From Hemiscyllium ocellatum (lineage: Eukaryota), in the NCBI RefSeq assembly GCF_020745735.1, contig NC_083409.1, positions 18,124,341-18,188,340 on the forward strand: a stretch of DNA of 64,000 bases, read 5' to 3'. The notes below the pieces were generated by a model. The model saw only the letters and a program-made list of their open reading frames with translations. It did not search any database and was not told the origin of the DNA. Every line of letters starts with the position of its first letter. The first letter of the stretch is position 1. This document shows positions 1-11,449 of the stretch, one piece after another. The position numbers and the translations under genes are program-made.

Positions 1-845
1 TTGGACAGTTGGGCAGAGAAACGGACGGATGGAGTTCAAATCAGGCAAATGCGATCTGATGAATTTTGGAAGATCCAAATCTGGAGTAAACTGTACGGTG
101 AATGGAACACCCTGGGGAAAATTGATGCCCAGAGAGACCTAGGTGTTCAGGTCCATTGTACCCTGGAGGTGACAACACAGGTCGATAGAGTGGTCAAGAA
201 GGTACATGGCATACCTTCCTTCACCAGACGTGGTATTCAGTACAAGAGTTGGAAGGTCATGTTAGAATTATATCAGACTTTGGCTTGGCCACATTTGGAA
301 TACTGTGTACAGTTCTGGTTGCCACATTACCAGAAAGATGTGGATGCTTTGGAGAGGGTGCAGAGGAGGTTCACCAGGATTGCCTGGTGTGGAGGGTGCT
401 AGCTATGAAGAGATGCTTAGTAGATTAGGATTATTCTCATTACAAAGTCGAACGTTGAGGGGGGACCTGATTGGGGTCTACAAAATCATGAGAGATATAG
501 ACAGGGTGGATAGCAAGAAGCTTTTTCCCAGAGTGGGGGACTCAATTACTCTGGGTTATGAGTTCAAAGTGAGAATGGAAACATTTAAAGGAGATATGTA
601 TGGAAAGTTTTTCACACAGAGGGTGATTGATCCTGGAGCATGTTGCCAGTGGAGGTGGTAGAGGCAGGCACAATAACATCATTTAAGATATATCTAGATA
701 CAAACATGGATGGGCAGGGAGCAAAGGGAGACAGACCATTGGAAAATTGACGATAGGTTTCAGTGGATGATATGGACCAGTGCAGGCTAGTAGGGCCAAA
801 GGGCCAGTTCTTGTGCTATAATTTTCATTGCTCTTTGTTCTTTGA
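1..845 (+). mobile_element. CR1-type LINE 3' fragment (RT C-terminus and 3' UTR), frameshifted
   Basis: ORFs 1..402 and 305..661 carry CR1 motifs DLGVQVH, PHLEYCVQFW, LERVQRRFTR, LRGDLI, FFTQRV. Confidence 0.9.
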
Positions 846-847
846 AC

Positions 848-2110
848 TGAGGAAGCTCAAAGGAACAGAGTGATCTTGGGTGCTTCTCCATTGATCAATG
901 AATGTGGCAAGACAGGTTAACAGAGCAGTTAAGAAGGCATAGGGGACACTTGGCTTTGTCATGTCAGGTATCGGTTATAAAAGCAGGAGGAGATGTTGCA
1001 GTTAAGCAGAACATTGGTGAGGCCACAGCTGGAGCACTGTGTGCAGTTCAGGTCACCACACTGTAGGAAAGATGTGATTGCACTGGATGGGGTGCAGAGG
1101 GGAATCACCAGGATGTTGTGTGGGATGGAACCTCTCAGTGATGAAGAGAAATTGGATCATCTCGGGTTGTTTTCTTCAGAGCAGAGAAGGTGGAGGGGCA
1201 CCTGATCGAAGTGTATAAGGTGATGAGGGGAATGGACAGGGAGGAGAGAAAGCAGCTGTTCTCCTTCTTGGGAGGGTCAATAACAAGTTGGTTCACATTC
1301 AATGTCAAAGATAGGAGGTTTCAAGATGTTTTGAGGAAAGTGTTTTTGACCCAGAGGATGGTGGGTGGTCTGGAATACACAGTCTGGGAAAGTAGTTGAG
1401 GTGGGAAACCTCACAAACTTTAAAAAGTACTTGGGTGAGCAGTTGAAATATCATAACATTCAAGCTATGTGCCGCATGTTGGAAAGTGGGACTGGTGTAG
1501 GTTTAGTGTAGTTTGGCTGGTACACAGTTAATGGGCTGAAGGGCCTCTTCTATACTGTGTGATTTTATGATTCTGTCGTGGGTAGTTTCGGGCTCCTTAT
1601 CTGAAGAAGGATGTTCTGGCTGTGGAAGGAGGGCAGCGAAGGTTTACCAGACTGATTCCTGGGAGGACAGCATTTAGATCTGATGAGAAACTGGATTTGT
1701 TAGGATTATATTCACTGGAGTTCAGAAATTTGAGAGGAAACACATTGAAACCTGTAAAATCCTAACAGGACAAGACCGGTAAGCACGGGAATTGTGTTCC
1801 TGATGACTGGAAAGTCCAGAACCAGGAATCACATTTTAAAGAAAAGGGAAAGGCCATTTCAGACTGAGATGAGGAGACATTTCTTTAGCCAGAGAGTGGG
1901 AAGCTAGTGGAATATTTTGTCACAGAAAGCAATTGAGCCCAAAATATTAAATGTTTTCAAGAAGGCGAAAGGGATTAAAGGTTATGGAGAAAAAGTGGGA
2001 ACAGGAGACTAAGTTGGATGATCAGCCATGGTCATATTGACTGGCAGAGCTGACTTGAAGGGCTGAACGGCCTCCTCCTGCTCCTAGTTCCTCTGTTTCT
2101 ATGTTTGAGA
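848..2110 (+). mobile_element. Two adjacent degenerate CR1 3' fragments
   Basis: RPQLEHCVQFRSP, GHLIEVYKVMRG, FLTQRMV motifs (993-1399) and a further copy of the same region at ~1535-2110. Confidence 0.8.
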
Positions 2111-2119
2111 GGCTGTTCA

Positions 2120-3185
2120 TAAACATGGAAACATATGGAATTATAGAGTCACAGAGTCATCGAGTCCTACAGCACAGGGACAGGCCCTTTGGCCCAAACT
2201 GGACCGTGCTGAACAAAATATCCACCCACACTAACCCCATTTCCCTCCACTTGGCCCATTTCCTTCAAATTACATACTATCTATGTATTTGTCCAAATGC
2301 CTTTTAAATGTTGTTAATGTACCAGCCTCAATCACTTCAGCTGGCAGCTCATTCCATACGAGTACCACCCTCTGCGTAAAAATGTTGCCCCTCAGGTTCC
2401 CGTTTATTCTAACCTTCAACTGATGCCCTCTAGTCCTTGATTCCCGAACCCTGGAACAAAGATTGAGTGCAGTCACCCTATCCATGTCTCTGAAGATCTT
2501 ATACACTTCTAAAAGATTCCCCTTTACTCTCCGACACTCTTCAGAAAAATGTCCTAGCTTGTCCAACCTCTCCCAAAAACTCAGATGTTGAAACCTGGCA
2601 ACATCCTTGTAAATTTATTCTGCACTCTTTCCAGTTTAATAATATCCTTCATATAACAAGGTGACCAAAACTGAACACAATACTCCACGTGCAGCCTCAC
2701 CAACATCATGTACAATTGAAACATAACTTCCCACCTTCTACACCCAGTGCCCTGACTGATGACGGCCAGTGTGCCAAAAGCTTTCTTCACTGCCCTGTCT
2801 AACTGTGACTCAACTTTCAGGGAACTGTGCACCTGAACTCCGAGATCCCACTGTTCCACTACAGTCCTTATGGCCTTCCCATTCACCATGAAACTCCTAC
2901 CTTGATTTAACTTTCCAAAATGCAAGTCCTCATATTTATCTACATTAAACTCAATTTATCATTCCTTTTCCCACTTCCACAGCTGATCAAGGTCCTGTTA
3001 CAATATCTGACAACCTTCCTCATTGTCCACAATACCAGCTAATGGAATGTCTTCTAAATCATTGATATTGATAACAAACAGTAATGAACCCAGCATCAAT
3101 CCTGAGGCACTCCACTAGACTCAGGCCTCCAGTCTGACAAGTATCCTTCCACTATGTCCCTCTGCTTTCACCCATTCTCGCCAGT
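2120..3185 (-). mobile_element. CR1 3' fragment
   Basis: Minus ORFs 2270..2566 and 2581..2925 (HFGKLNQGR, DLGVQVH, EYCVQFWSP, WNELP). Confidence 0.9.
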
Positions 3186-3399
3186 TAGAGAAAAGTATTT
3201 ATCTTTGGTCAGGAATTAGTTTGGAGTTAGGAGACAGAGAGGATGGATAATGTGTGTGCTCTCCAATTACTAAAATGTGGATAGTGGTGTCCCCAGGGAA
3301 CTGGGCCGGAACCTCAGCATTTCACGATATTTCTCAATGACTTGGATGAAAGAATAGACAGCCATATATCCAAGATTGTTGACCACACTGAGTGAGGCA

Positions 3400-3830
3400 G
3401 TTTGGAGGAAGTTACAGAGATAGGGAGAGTGGAGGACAGGGAGGGACTTGAGAACAAGGATGAGAATTTGAAAATCGAGGTGTTGCTGGACCAGGAGCCA
3501 ATGTAGGCACAGGGTGCAGGGGAATGGAGGAATGGGATTTGATGTGAGTTTGGATATGGGCAGCAGAATTTGGAATGAGCTGAAGGTTACGGAGGGCAGT
3601 GGCTGTGATGTGTGCAAGCACAACATTGGTATGGTCATGTTTGGAGTTCCATACACATGACAGAGATTTTCAGTGGCTGATCTTTGTGAGATGGAGGGTA
3701 TGGTGCTCAGATCGGCCCCAAAGATGAGGCCAAGTTTGTAAAGAGTCTGGTTGAGCAGCAGATAGTGCTCAGGGAGAGGGAAGGAGTTTCTACCAGGATC
3801 TGAAGGGGATGGCTTTGATCTTCCCAATGT
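3400..3830 (-). mobile_element. L2-type LINE RT C-terminal remnant
   Basis: LQLIPNSAAHI and LDFQILILVLKSL resemble the L2 ORF2 C-terminus (LQLIQNSAAR...FKILILVFKSL). Confidence 0.6.
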
Positions 3831-4399
3831 GTTTCCCAGTGAGCCTGGCTCCTCAGTCCTGACTGCTCTTAGCTGCTGTGATTGTCACTGATTGGACACT
3901 TATTATTAGAGGTTCTGACCACAGCAGAAAGCCCCAGTGTAAAAAATAACTGCAAAGACTGTCAGAGCACAAGGTTGAAACTTCACCAAAAGAGGAAGTG
4001 AAAGAAGGAGCTCGGAGCAGCTGGGTGTTTGTTACTGAGATGGGAGAAAACTGTGAACCATCTGCACTCCCTGGAACCTGACAGCACAGGAGGCTGGTTC
4101 TGGGATTTTTCTTTTCAGAAACAGCACAGTGATGGGAAAAAGGACAGTCACTCTCTCACAAACACACACGCCTGTACTCGGCGATCAGAAACAGAATCCA
4201 GCAGCAGCTCTGTCTCCAAGCTGTGAAACCTGCACAGAATTGTTCCTTCATTCAGTTTTTAACTGGCAGGATAGACCAAGCAGGGGAGGCAACTCAGTGG
4301 TGTGTGTAGTCGGAAAGGGATTGCCCTGGGAGTCCTCACCATTAACTATGGAACCCATGAAGCCTCATGACAGCAGGTCAAACATGGGGAAGGAAACCA

Positions 4400-4790
4400 C
4401 CTGCTGATTACCACATAGCACCGCCCTCCGCTCCAACTTCAACTGAGCAGTCAGTCCTCCTCCATGTTGAACAACACTTGGAGGGAGCACTGAGGGAGGG
4501 AATGATGCAGGATATACTCTGAGTAAGGGGTTTCAAAGTCCACCATCAAGACCTGCTCAGAAGCATCATTGCTGAGCAAGGTGGTCACGCTCCACCTAAT
4601 TCAGCTGCTCGACTGGACCTGGGGCAGGTGGTGAGGGAACCAATAAGAGGGAAAAACATACTCACCATCACCCTCACCAATCTGCCTGCTGTTGGTGTAT
4701 CTGTCCATGACAGTATCAGTAAGGGTGACAACTGCACAGTCCGTGTGGAGACAAAATCCCATCTTCACATTGAGATTACCTTGCATTTTG
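4400..4790 (+). mobile_element. LINE apurinic endonuclease (APE) domain remnant
   Basis: Translation includes VREPIRGKNILTITLTN...VHDSISKGDNCTV, matching the conserved EPTRG-LDL-SDH block of APE domains. Confidence 0.7.
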
Positions 4791-5734
4791 TTGGACAAAA
4801 GATATGGGATGTCAGGAAGAATGTTTTCTTTAGCAGCAATTGGTAATGACTTGGAAGTTAGTGCCCATTCAGGTGAGGCAGGTGAAGACACTCAGTTATT
4901 GCAATGGCAGATTGGATGGGCTCTTGATGGAAATAAACCTGCAAGGCTCTGGGGGTCGAGTAGGGGAGGGGGTGGGACTGACTGGATTGCTCCATGAAAT
5001 GACAGCATTTACACACTTAGTCTCACCTTTACACAAAGACTGGGAGAAACAGGCAAACCAGTTCACAGAAGTGTTTTCTCAAGCAAAACACTCTTGAACC
5101 AACTCAGAGAACACACCAGTCTAGATTTACCAGAATAAATCAGCAAACCAATGGCAAGGGAACAGCGAACCAAAAGTGATGAAACTGAACAGTATATTCA
5201 AGAGCACAAACGACGAGAGAGGGAGGGATGAATGGCAGGAGGGCAGAGAGGATACTCTCGGGGTCTGAAGGCTCTGCTGTCAATGGTGGGATGGAGGAAG
5301 CAGCAATGGGCAGGAGACCAGAGACAGAAGGTGGAATGGGGAGGGAGGGAATGTGAGTCTACAGCAGGACACAGAGTGAGGGAGGAGGGAGGCCATGGAG
5401 GCAATTGGCTGGCAGTGAGGTCAGATTCTGGAACAACTGTAGTTGTAAGACAGGGAAGGGACCACTCCACATCAGACAAGTTGGGGTTTATGGAATGTGG
5501 CTTCATGAAGCTGGGAGAGGACATTGAAATCATAGAGTCAGGAGGTGGGATAAGCAGGAATTGGGGTTTCTGTGGTCAAGAGGCTGAGGTAATGCAGAGA
5601 CAAACAATGTTGTGCAGATTGAAATAAGAGACCTACGTAATGGACAGGATGTGGTGTTACAGCTCAGGTACTGGACAGTCCAGTGGGAAGGAGGCCCATG
5701 TTTACTGTTTATTGGTCCATGGGAAGGTGCCACA

Positions 5735-6965
5735 TGTTTACATCATCATAGAGCCATAGAGGTTTACAGCGTGGCAACAGGCCCTTCAGCTCAACTCATC
5801 CATGCCGACCAAGTTTCCAAAACTGTACTAGTCCCATTTGCCTGTGTTTGGCCCAACCCTCTCTAAATCCTTCCTATCCATGTTCCTGTAAAAATGCCCT
5901 TGAAATGTAGTAATTGTACTGACCTCTACCACTACCTCTGGCAGTTCATTGCACATACACACCATCCTCTGTGTGGAAAGGTTGTCTCTCAGGCCCCTTC
6001 TAATTCTTTCCCCTCTCAACTTAAACCTATTCCTTCTCATACTGGACTCTCCTACTCTGGGGAGAAAAAAAAAACTTTGGCTATTCACCTTATCTATGGC
6101 CCTAATGATTCTATAAACCTCTCTAAGGTCACCCCTCAATCTCCTGCATTCACTGGAAAAATCTCTCGGCCTATCCATCCTCGCCTTATAATTCAAACTC
6201 ACCAACCTTGGTAACATCCCTGTTAATCTTTCTTTTATTCAAACCACTGTCATAACTTCCTTCCTATAGCAGGGTGAGCAGGAATGTACACAGTGTCCAA
6301 ATGTGGCCTTACCAATGCCTTGTACAGCTGTAACATGATGTCCCAGCTCCTGTACTCCCTGCTTTGACCAGTGAAGGTGAGCGTGCCAAATACCTTCTTC
6401 ACCATCCTGTCTACCTGTGACACCACTTTCAAGGAACTATGCACCTGTACCCCTCAGTCTTTCTGTTCAACAACACTCCCCATGGCTCTACCATTAATTG
6501 TGTAATTCCTGCCCTGGTTGGTCTTACCAAAATGCAACTCCTTGCATTTCTCGAAATCAAACTCCATCTGGATTTGTTGACCCACTGGTCCAGTTGGTGA
6601 AGATGACATTGCAATCTTAGATAACCTTCTTGCCTGTTAACGATGCCAACAAATTTAATGTCAGCCACAAACTTCCTGAACCATTCTGCTATTTTCTCAT
6701 CCAAATTGTTCATGTAAATGATGAACAACAGTGGATCCAGGATCGATTCTTGTGGCAGACGGCTGGTCACTAGCCTCCAGTCTGAAGAACAACCCTGTCT
6801 CACCAGCCTCTGCCTCCTACCATCAGGCCCATTTTATATCCAATTGGTTAGCTCTACCTGGATCCTCTGTGATATAATCTTACTAAGCAGTCTACAACGG
6901 GGAACCTTGTCTAAGGCCTTGCTAAACTCCATGTCGACGATGTGTACTGATCTATCTTAATCTAC
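5735..6965 (-). mobile_element. CR1 RT 3' fragment
   Basis: Minus ORFs 6429..6803 (PQESILDPLLF, FVAD), 6250..6444 and 5828..6217 (LRGDL, CNELP). Confidence 0.9.
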
Positions 6966-7019
6966 CTATTTCTTCAAAAACTAAACTATCCACTTGTCTC
7001 CATTAGAACGACAAGTGAA

Positions 7020-7270
7020 TAGGAGGCCCACATTTCCTGGTCTTCTTGGAGTATCCAGTCAGAAGGAGGTCCATGTTTACTGGTCTCCTTTGGAGAGTCC
7101 ATTAGGAAGGAGGCCAACATTTACTGGTCTTTATTGGAGGCTCAAGCAGGAACAATGCCCATGTTTACTGGTCTCTATAGGGAGCTTCAGTGGGAAGGAG
7201 GCCCATGTCTCTCCATGGGGCACTCTTGTGAACTGACATCCATGTTTACTGGACTCTGTTGAAGAATCCA
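7020..7270 (+). repeat. Degenerate ~44-bp tandem array
   Basis: GGAGGCCCATGTTTACTGGTCT-like core recurs at ~7022, 7065, 7109, 7153, 7197; one more copy at ~5680-5710. Confidence 0.75.
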
Positions 7271-8084
7271 ATGCATCGTGGACACCATGGGGGGTGTGGG
7301 GTTCAGTTTCTTTCTGTTGTAACTGTGTGATGGACAACCCTCATCCCAGTAAAACACCCTGACTCAGAGACTGATCATGGAAGGGGAAGGAGAGAGGAAG
7401 GGATTGGAACATGATGTGAATGAACAGGATGGGTCAGTGGGTCAGAGCCTGTCCTGCCCCTCCAACTCACACTGATGGCCTGAGGATCTCCTCTCTCTGC
7501 TGGACCTTCGTGGAATGAGGTTTGTGTCCAAACCAGTCCCCAGTGAGAATAGGCCAACAGCACAAAACTGCCTTTCATTTAACAAGAATCTGTCCATCTT
7601 CCTGAGAGATACCAAAACCTGGTCAATGTGGAAATGGACCTTTACTCCAGGAGAAGACATGATTCTGGGGTCAAGGGTTAACATCCATTTGTGGGGCAGA
7701 GCAGAGAGAGATTTATCCTGAATTCAACTGTCACCACCTGGGACACTGTGAGAAAGAAAAAGAAGCGAGACAGAGAGAGAGAGAAACAGAGGTCGAGTGG
7801 AATGTGGAGAAGGAGGGAGAGACAGATGGAGAAATAGAGAGGGGTAGTTAACATTTGGAGGCTTTCAATTGAAGTGAGAGATGGAGCAAGTGACGAAGAC
7901 AGTGAGAGATGGAGAAAGATTATGAGACGGAGTGAAGAAACGTGAGTGAGTTGGAGAGAGTGGCTATGAGACAGAGTGAGAGAGAGAGAATATGAGAGAG
8001 ATTAACAATGGGAGAGAGAGATAGATGTAGAGAGATCAAAGTAGCAGATGAGAGACAGAAAGGGGAAAAGAGAGAGAGAGAGAG

Positions 8085-9010
8085 AGAGGTCCTGGTCACC
8101 ACATTCTGGGAAGGATGTGATTGTACTTGAGAGGGGGCAGAGGAGATTTTCCCAGGATGCTGCCTGGGATGGAGGGTCAGCTATGAGGAAAGACTGGAAA
8201 GGTTGGGGCTATTTTCCTTGGAGCATTGAAGGTTGAGAGGGACCTGATAGAGAGGTATAAGATAATTGTTGGCAGTGATATGTTGCATAGGAAGGCACTT
8301 TATACAAGAGTAAAGGACTCAATAACCAGGGACAGAGATTGAAGGTAACACAGACATGGACACATAGAAACTTGGAGCAGGAGCAGGCCATTTGGCCCTT
8401 TGAGTCTTGTGTGTCATTCAGTATGATCATGGCTGATCCTCTCTCTCAATGCTGTGCTGCTGCTTTCTCCCCATTTCCTTCATGCTGTTAAAACGCAAAA
8501 CAACTCTTTTCTTTCTCTTGAATAAATTCAGTTCCTTGTCCTCCACAGCTTTCAGTGGTAGAGAATTCATCAGGTTGACCATCCACTGAGTGAAGAAATG
8601 TTTCCTCATCTCAGTCCTAAATGGTGTACCCCGTATCTCCTTGAGACTGTGTCCCCTGGTTCCAGATTCTCCAACCAGGGGAAACCTCCTCCCTGCCCAG
8701 CCTTGTTACAATTTTATATGTTTCAATCAGATCCCCTCTCATCCTTCTAAACGCAAGTGAATCCAGGCCCAGTTGAGTTGCAGAGTGAGAGGAGAATTGA
8801 GGAGAAATGTTTTCACCCAGAGGGTGGGGGGAGTCTGGAACTCACTGCCTGAAAGGCTGGTTGAGTCACAAACTCTCGTGACATTGGAGCAGTGTTTAGA
8901 TATTCCCTTGTGTTGCTGTAGCCTCCAGGGTAATGGACCAAGAGCTGGAGGATGGGATGAGTGTCATCAGATCTTTGTTTACCAGCATAGACACAATGGG
9001 TCAAATGGCC
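8085..9010. mobile_element. Cluster of short CR1 3' fragments on both strands
   Basis: CR1 motifs FFTQWMVNLMNSLP (8427..8609, -) and RRNVFTQRVGGVWNSLPE (8773.., +). Confidence 0.75.
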
Positions 9011-9063
9011 TCATTCAGTGCTGTTCACATCAATCACTCTCTGAGACAAAGAGAGAGTGAGAA

Positions 9064-9160
9064 GAGGAAGTGTGAGGGGCTGACGTGGCTCTCTCTGCCA
9101 GATGCCATTTACATACTGAGGAACACCCAGTCAGACTCTCACAGGCTGCAGCTTTATAAA
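9064..9160 (+). promoter_or_regulatory. Ig light-chain V promoter (PU.1/ETS box, CRE-like site, variant octamer, TATA)
   Basis: GAGGAAGT 9064-9071, TGACGT 9081-9086, ATTTACAT 9107-9114 (7/8 of octamer ATTTGCAT), TATAAA 9155-9160; ATG at 9221. Confidence 0.7.
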
Positions 9161-9220
9161 GCAGAGCCCAGTGAAGGGAGAGTTTATCAGAAACCAGGCA
9201 CAGGGACAGGAGCACACACC

Positions 9221-9269
9221 ATGATTTCACGCATCCAGTTAATCTGGCCCCTGGCATTCTGTGTCGCAG
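9221..9269 (+). CDS. IGKV: Ig kappa-type light chain leader exon (MISRIQLIWPLAFCVA/G)
   Basis: ATG at 9221, hydrophobic signal peptide, phase-1 GT donor at 9270; joins in frame to the V exon. Confidence 0.92.
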
Positions 9270-9455
9270 GTACAAATCTCTCTCCTTCCACCTTGAATCT
9301 TTAGCTGCTCTCCATTTGACTCCAATTCCACTGACTTGTGATTGAAGGGAAAATGCTGAAATCAGAGGAATGCTCAGTGTCTCCAACAATCTCTCATTTG
9401 ACCGGCTCTTTGTGTGACAGTTCTGACTTCACTGTGTTTCTCTCTGATCCCTCAG

Positions 9456-9754
9456 GTATCAGTGGGGACATCATCATGACTCAGTCTCCCCCGGTGCTGT
9501 CAGTGGGACGGGGCCAGACTGCAACCATCACCTGTACGGCCAGTCAATCTGTTAGCAATGAGCTTTCCTGGTACCAGCAGCAAGAAGGTCAGAAACCCTC
9601 TCTCCTGATCTATGCTGCAACAAATCAATTCACAGGAGTCTCGGATCGATTCACCGGCAGTGGATCAGGGACCAGTTTCACCCTGACAATCAGCAACGTT
9701 CAGAATGAGGATGTCGCTGACTATTACTGTCAGCAGTATAGCAGCTACCCTCTA
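9456..9754 (+). CDS. IGKV: Ig kappa-type V segment exon (leader part 2 + V domain), open frame
   Basis: Polypyrimidine tract and AG at 9454-9455; [12 protein letters not shown]...ITC...WYQQ...LLIY...[15 protein letters not shown]...[12 protein letters not shown] with canonical Cys/Trp/Cys. Confidence 0.97.
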
Positions 9755-9782
9755 CACAGTGATACAGAGCTGTACAAAAACC
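9755..9782 (+). other. 12-bp-spacer recombination signal sequence of V
   Basis: CACAGTG 9755-9761, 12 nt, ACAAAAACC 9774-9782: perfect consensus. Confidence 0.98.
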
Positions 9783-10190
9783 TCAAAGCACACAGAATCA
9801 CCTCCTGTACTGACACATCCACGGTTATATAAAATGCATAATAATGGACACACAGTCCCACCGCCTGAACTGTCATATCCCACAGTTAGATCTAAATGAA
9901 ACTGAACAAATTACCCCATGCTGGGATTGTCACTGTCCACGACACACTCCAGTCTCTGTGGTGTCTCAACGCTCACTGAAGGCCTCAGGTTTCCCCCTTC
10001 CACTGCATGGCCACATGTGAAGAACAGCTGCAAGATTTAACAACAAAAAATAAAGTTCACAACCCAGAGGCAGAGACAGAAAGACACATGAATGAGGGAG
10101 AGACTGATAGGGGCAAAAAGAGGGTGAGAGTGACCGACAGACTGGGAAATAGGGAGAGGGTGAGAGTGACAGAGGGAAGCAGAGAGCTGA

Positions 10191-10229
10191 GGTTTTTGTA
10201 CAGCTTCTACACTGGGAGCTCTCACTGTG
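10191..10229 (-). other. 23-bp-spacer recombination signal sequence of J
   Basis: GGTTTTTGT 10191-10199, 23 nt, CACTGTG 10223-10229: perfect consensus facing the V RSS. Confidence 0.98.
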
Positions 10230-10264
10230 GCTTACGTTCGGTAAAGGAACCAAGCTCAGACTGA
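10230..10264 (+). CDS. IGKJ: Ig kappa-type J segment (LTFGKGTKLRL)
   Basis: F-G-X-G motif directly after the heptamer; GTAAGT donor at 10265 (phase 1). Confidence 0.97.
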
Positions 10265-10625
10265 GTAAGTAAACCTCAATCCTCCGTTATTAACCCTTTC
10301 AATACTGAAACTTCCTAAATCACAAATGCTGAATTGATGCAGGTGTTAGTGGGGAGCTGCAGTGAATGATTGAGGAGCACTGTATCTAACAGGGTGTACA
10401 GCTGTATTTCTGTCGTCCTATTGCCCTGCTTAAGCAGCAAGATATAAGTCAGTCAGTTTTACTCACCGTGCGGAGGAGCTCTGTCCATTTGCAGCCTGTG
10501 GTCCCATTCCTGCAGCATGGAGTGAAATCAGTGAGTAGCCTCCTGCCAGTCTCAGTGTGACGGACACGGGGCAGAGTTTGATGTGAGCTCTGGCTCCCTG
10601 TCCCAGTCTCTGATCTCACTGACCT

Positions 10626-10661
<36 letters not shown>
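10626..10661 (+). repeat. (CAG)12 microsatellite
   Basis: Twelve perfect CAG units. Confidence 0.95.
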
Positions 10662-10663
<2 letters not shown>

Positions 10664-10709
10664 CAGTGAGACACCGAGCTCCCACCTCCCCCAGCTTTAA
10701 CTCTGCTCA

Positions 10710-11215
10710 ATCACACAATCACAGAATCGTTTCAGTGCACAAGGAGGCCATTCAACTCATCCTGTCTGGACTAGCTCTCTGAATGAGCAATTCACTGAGT
10801 GTCATTCTCCTGCCTTCTCCCTGTCACCCTGCACATTGTTCCTTTTTGAATAACAGTCTCATTCCCTTCAGAATGTTTCAATTGAAGCTGCCTCCACCAC
10901 ACTCTCAGGCAGTGCATTCCACACCTTAACCACCCACTGGCTGAAAATGTTTTCCCCCATCTCACTTTCGCCTCTTTTACCAATTATTTTCAATCCATGG
11001 CCTCTCCCTCTCAATTCTTTCTCAGGTGGGAACATTTTCTCCTGGTTTACTCTGTTCAGACCCCTCCTGATTTTGAATTTCTCGATCAAATCTCCTCTCT
11101 GCCTTCTCTTCTCTGAGGAAAACAGTCCCAACGTCTTCAGTCTATCTTCATAACTCACGTTCCTCATCCTCGATGGGTCAGATAGCCCACTCCTGCTCCT
11201 ATTTCTAATGTTCTT
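10710..11215 (-). mobile_element. CR1 3' fragment
   Basis: ORF 10868..11167 (LGLFSSEKRRQRGDLI...FSQWVVKVWNALP). Confidence 0.85.
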
Positions 11216-11449
11216 ATTATCTTATCTTCCTATGTGAGAGACACACATCAGATTTCCACTTAACACTCTGTGGCTGTACCTTCCCAGTCTTATTCCCAAC
11301 ACTCCGTGCAGTCCCATCCTTACACAGTGACCCTGATTTAGAATTTATTACTCTCTCTCCCTCACTCTGAAACTGGGTAAGAAGTTCTATTCATTATTCT
11401 GGTGCTATCTATCTCTCCCAGGATTCTGTGCACCTCTGTGTTCCTCTCT

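Noticed and set aside
10449-10685. Secreted protein with poly-Leu signal peptide (minus ORF)
   Set aside because: Starts at GTG and the Leu run is simply the CTG microsatellite; only the exon-like structure is kept as a finding.
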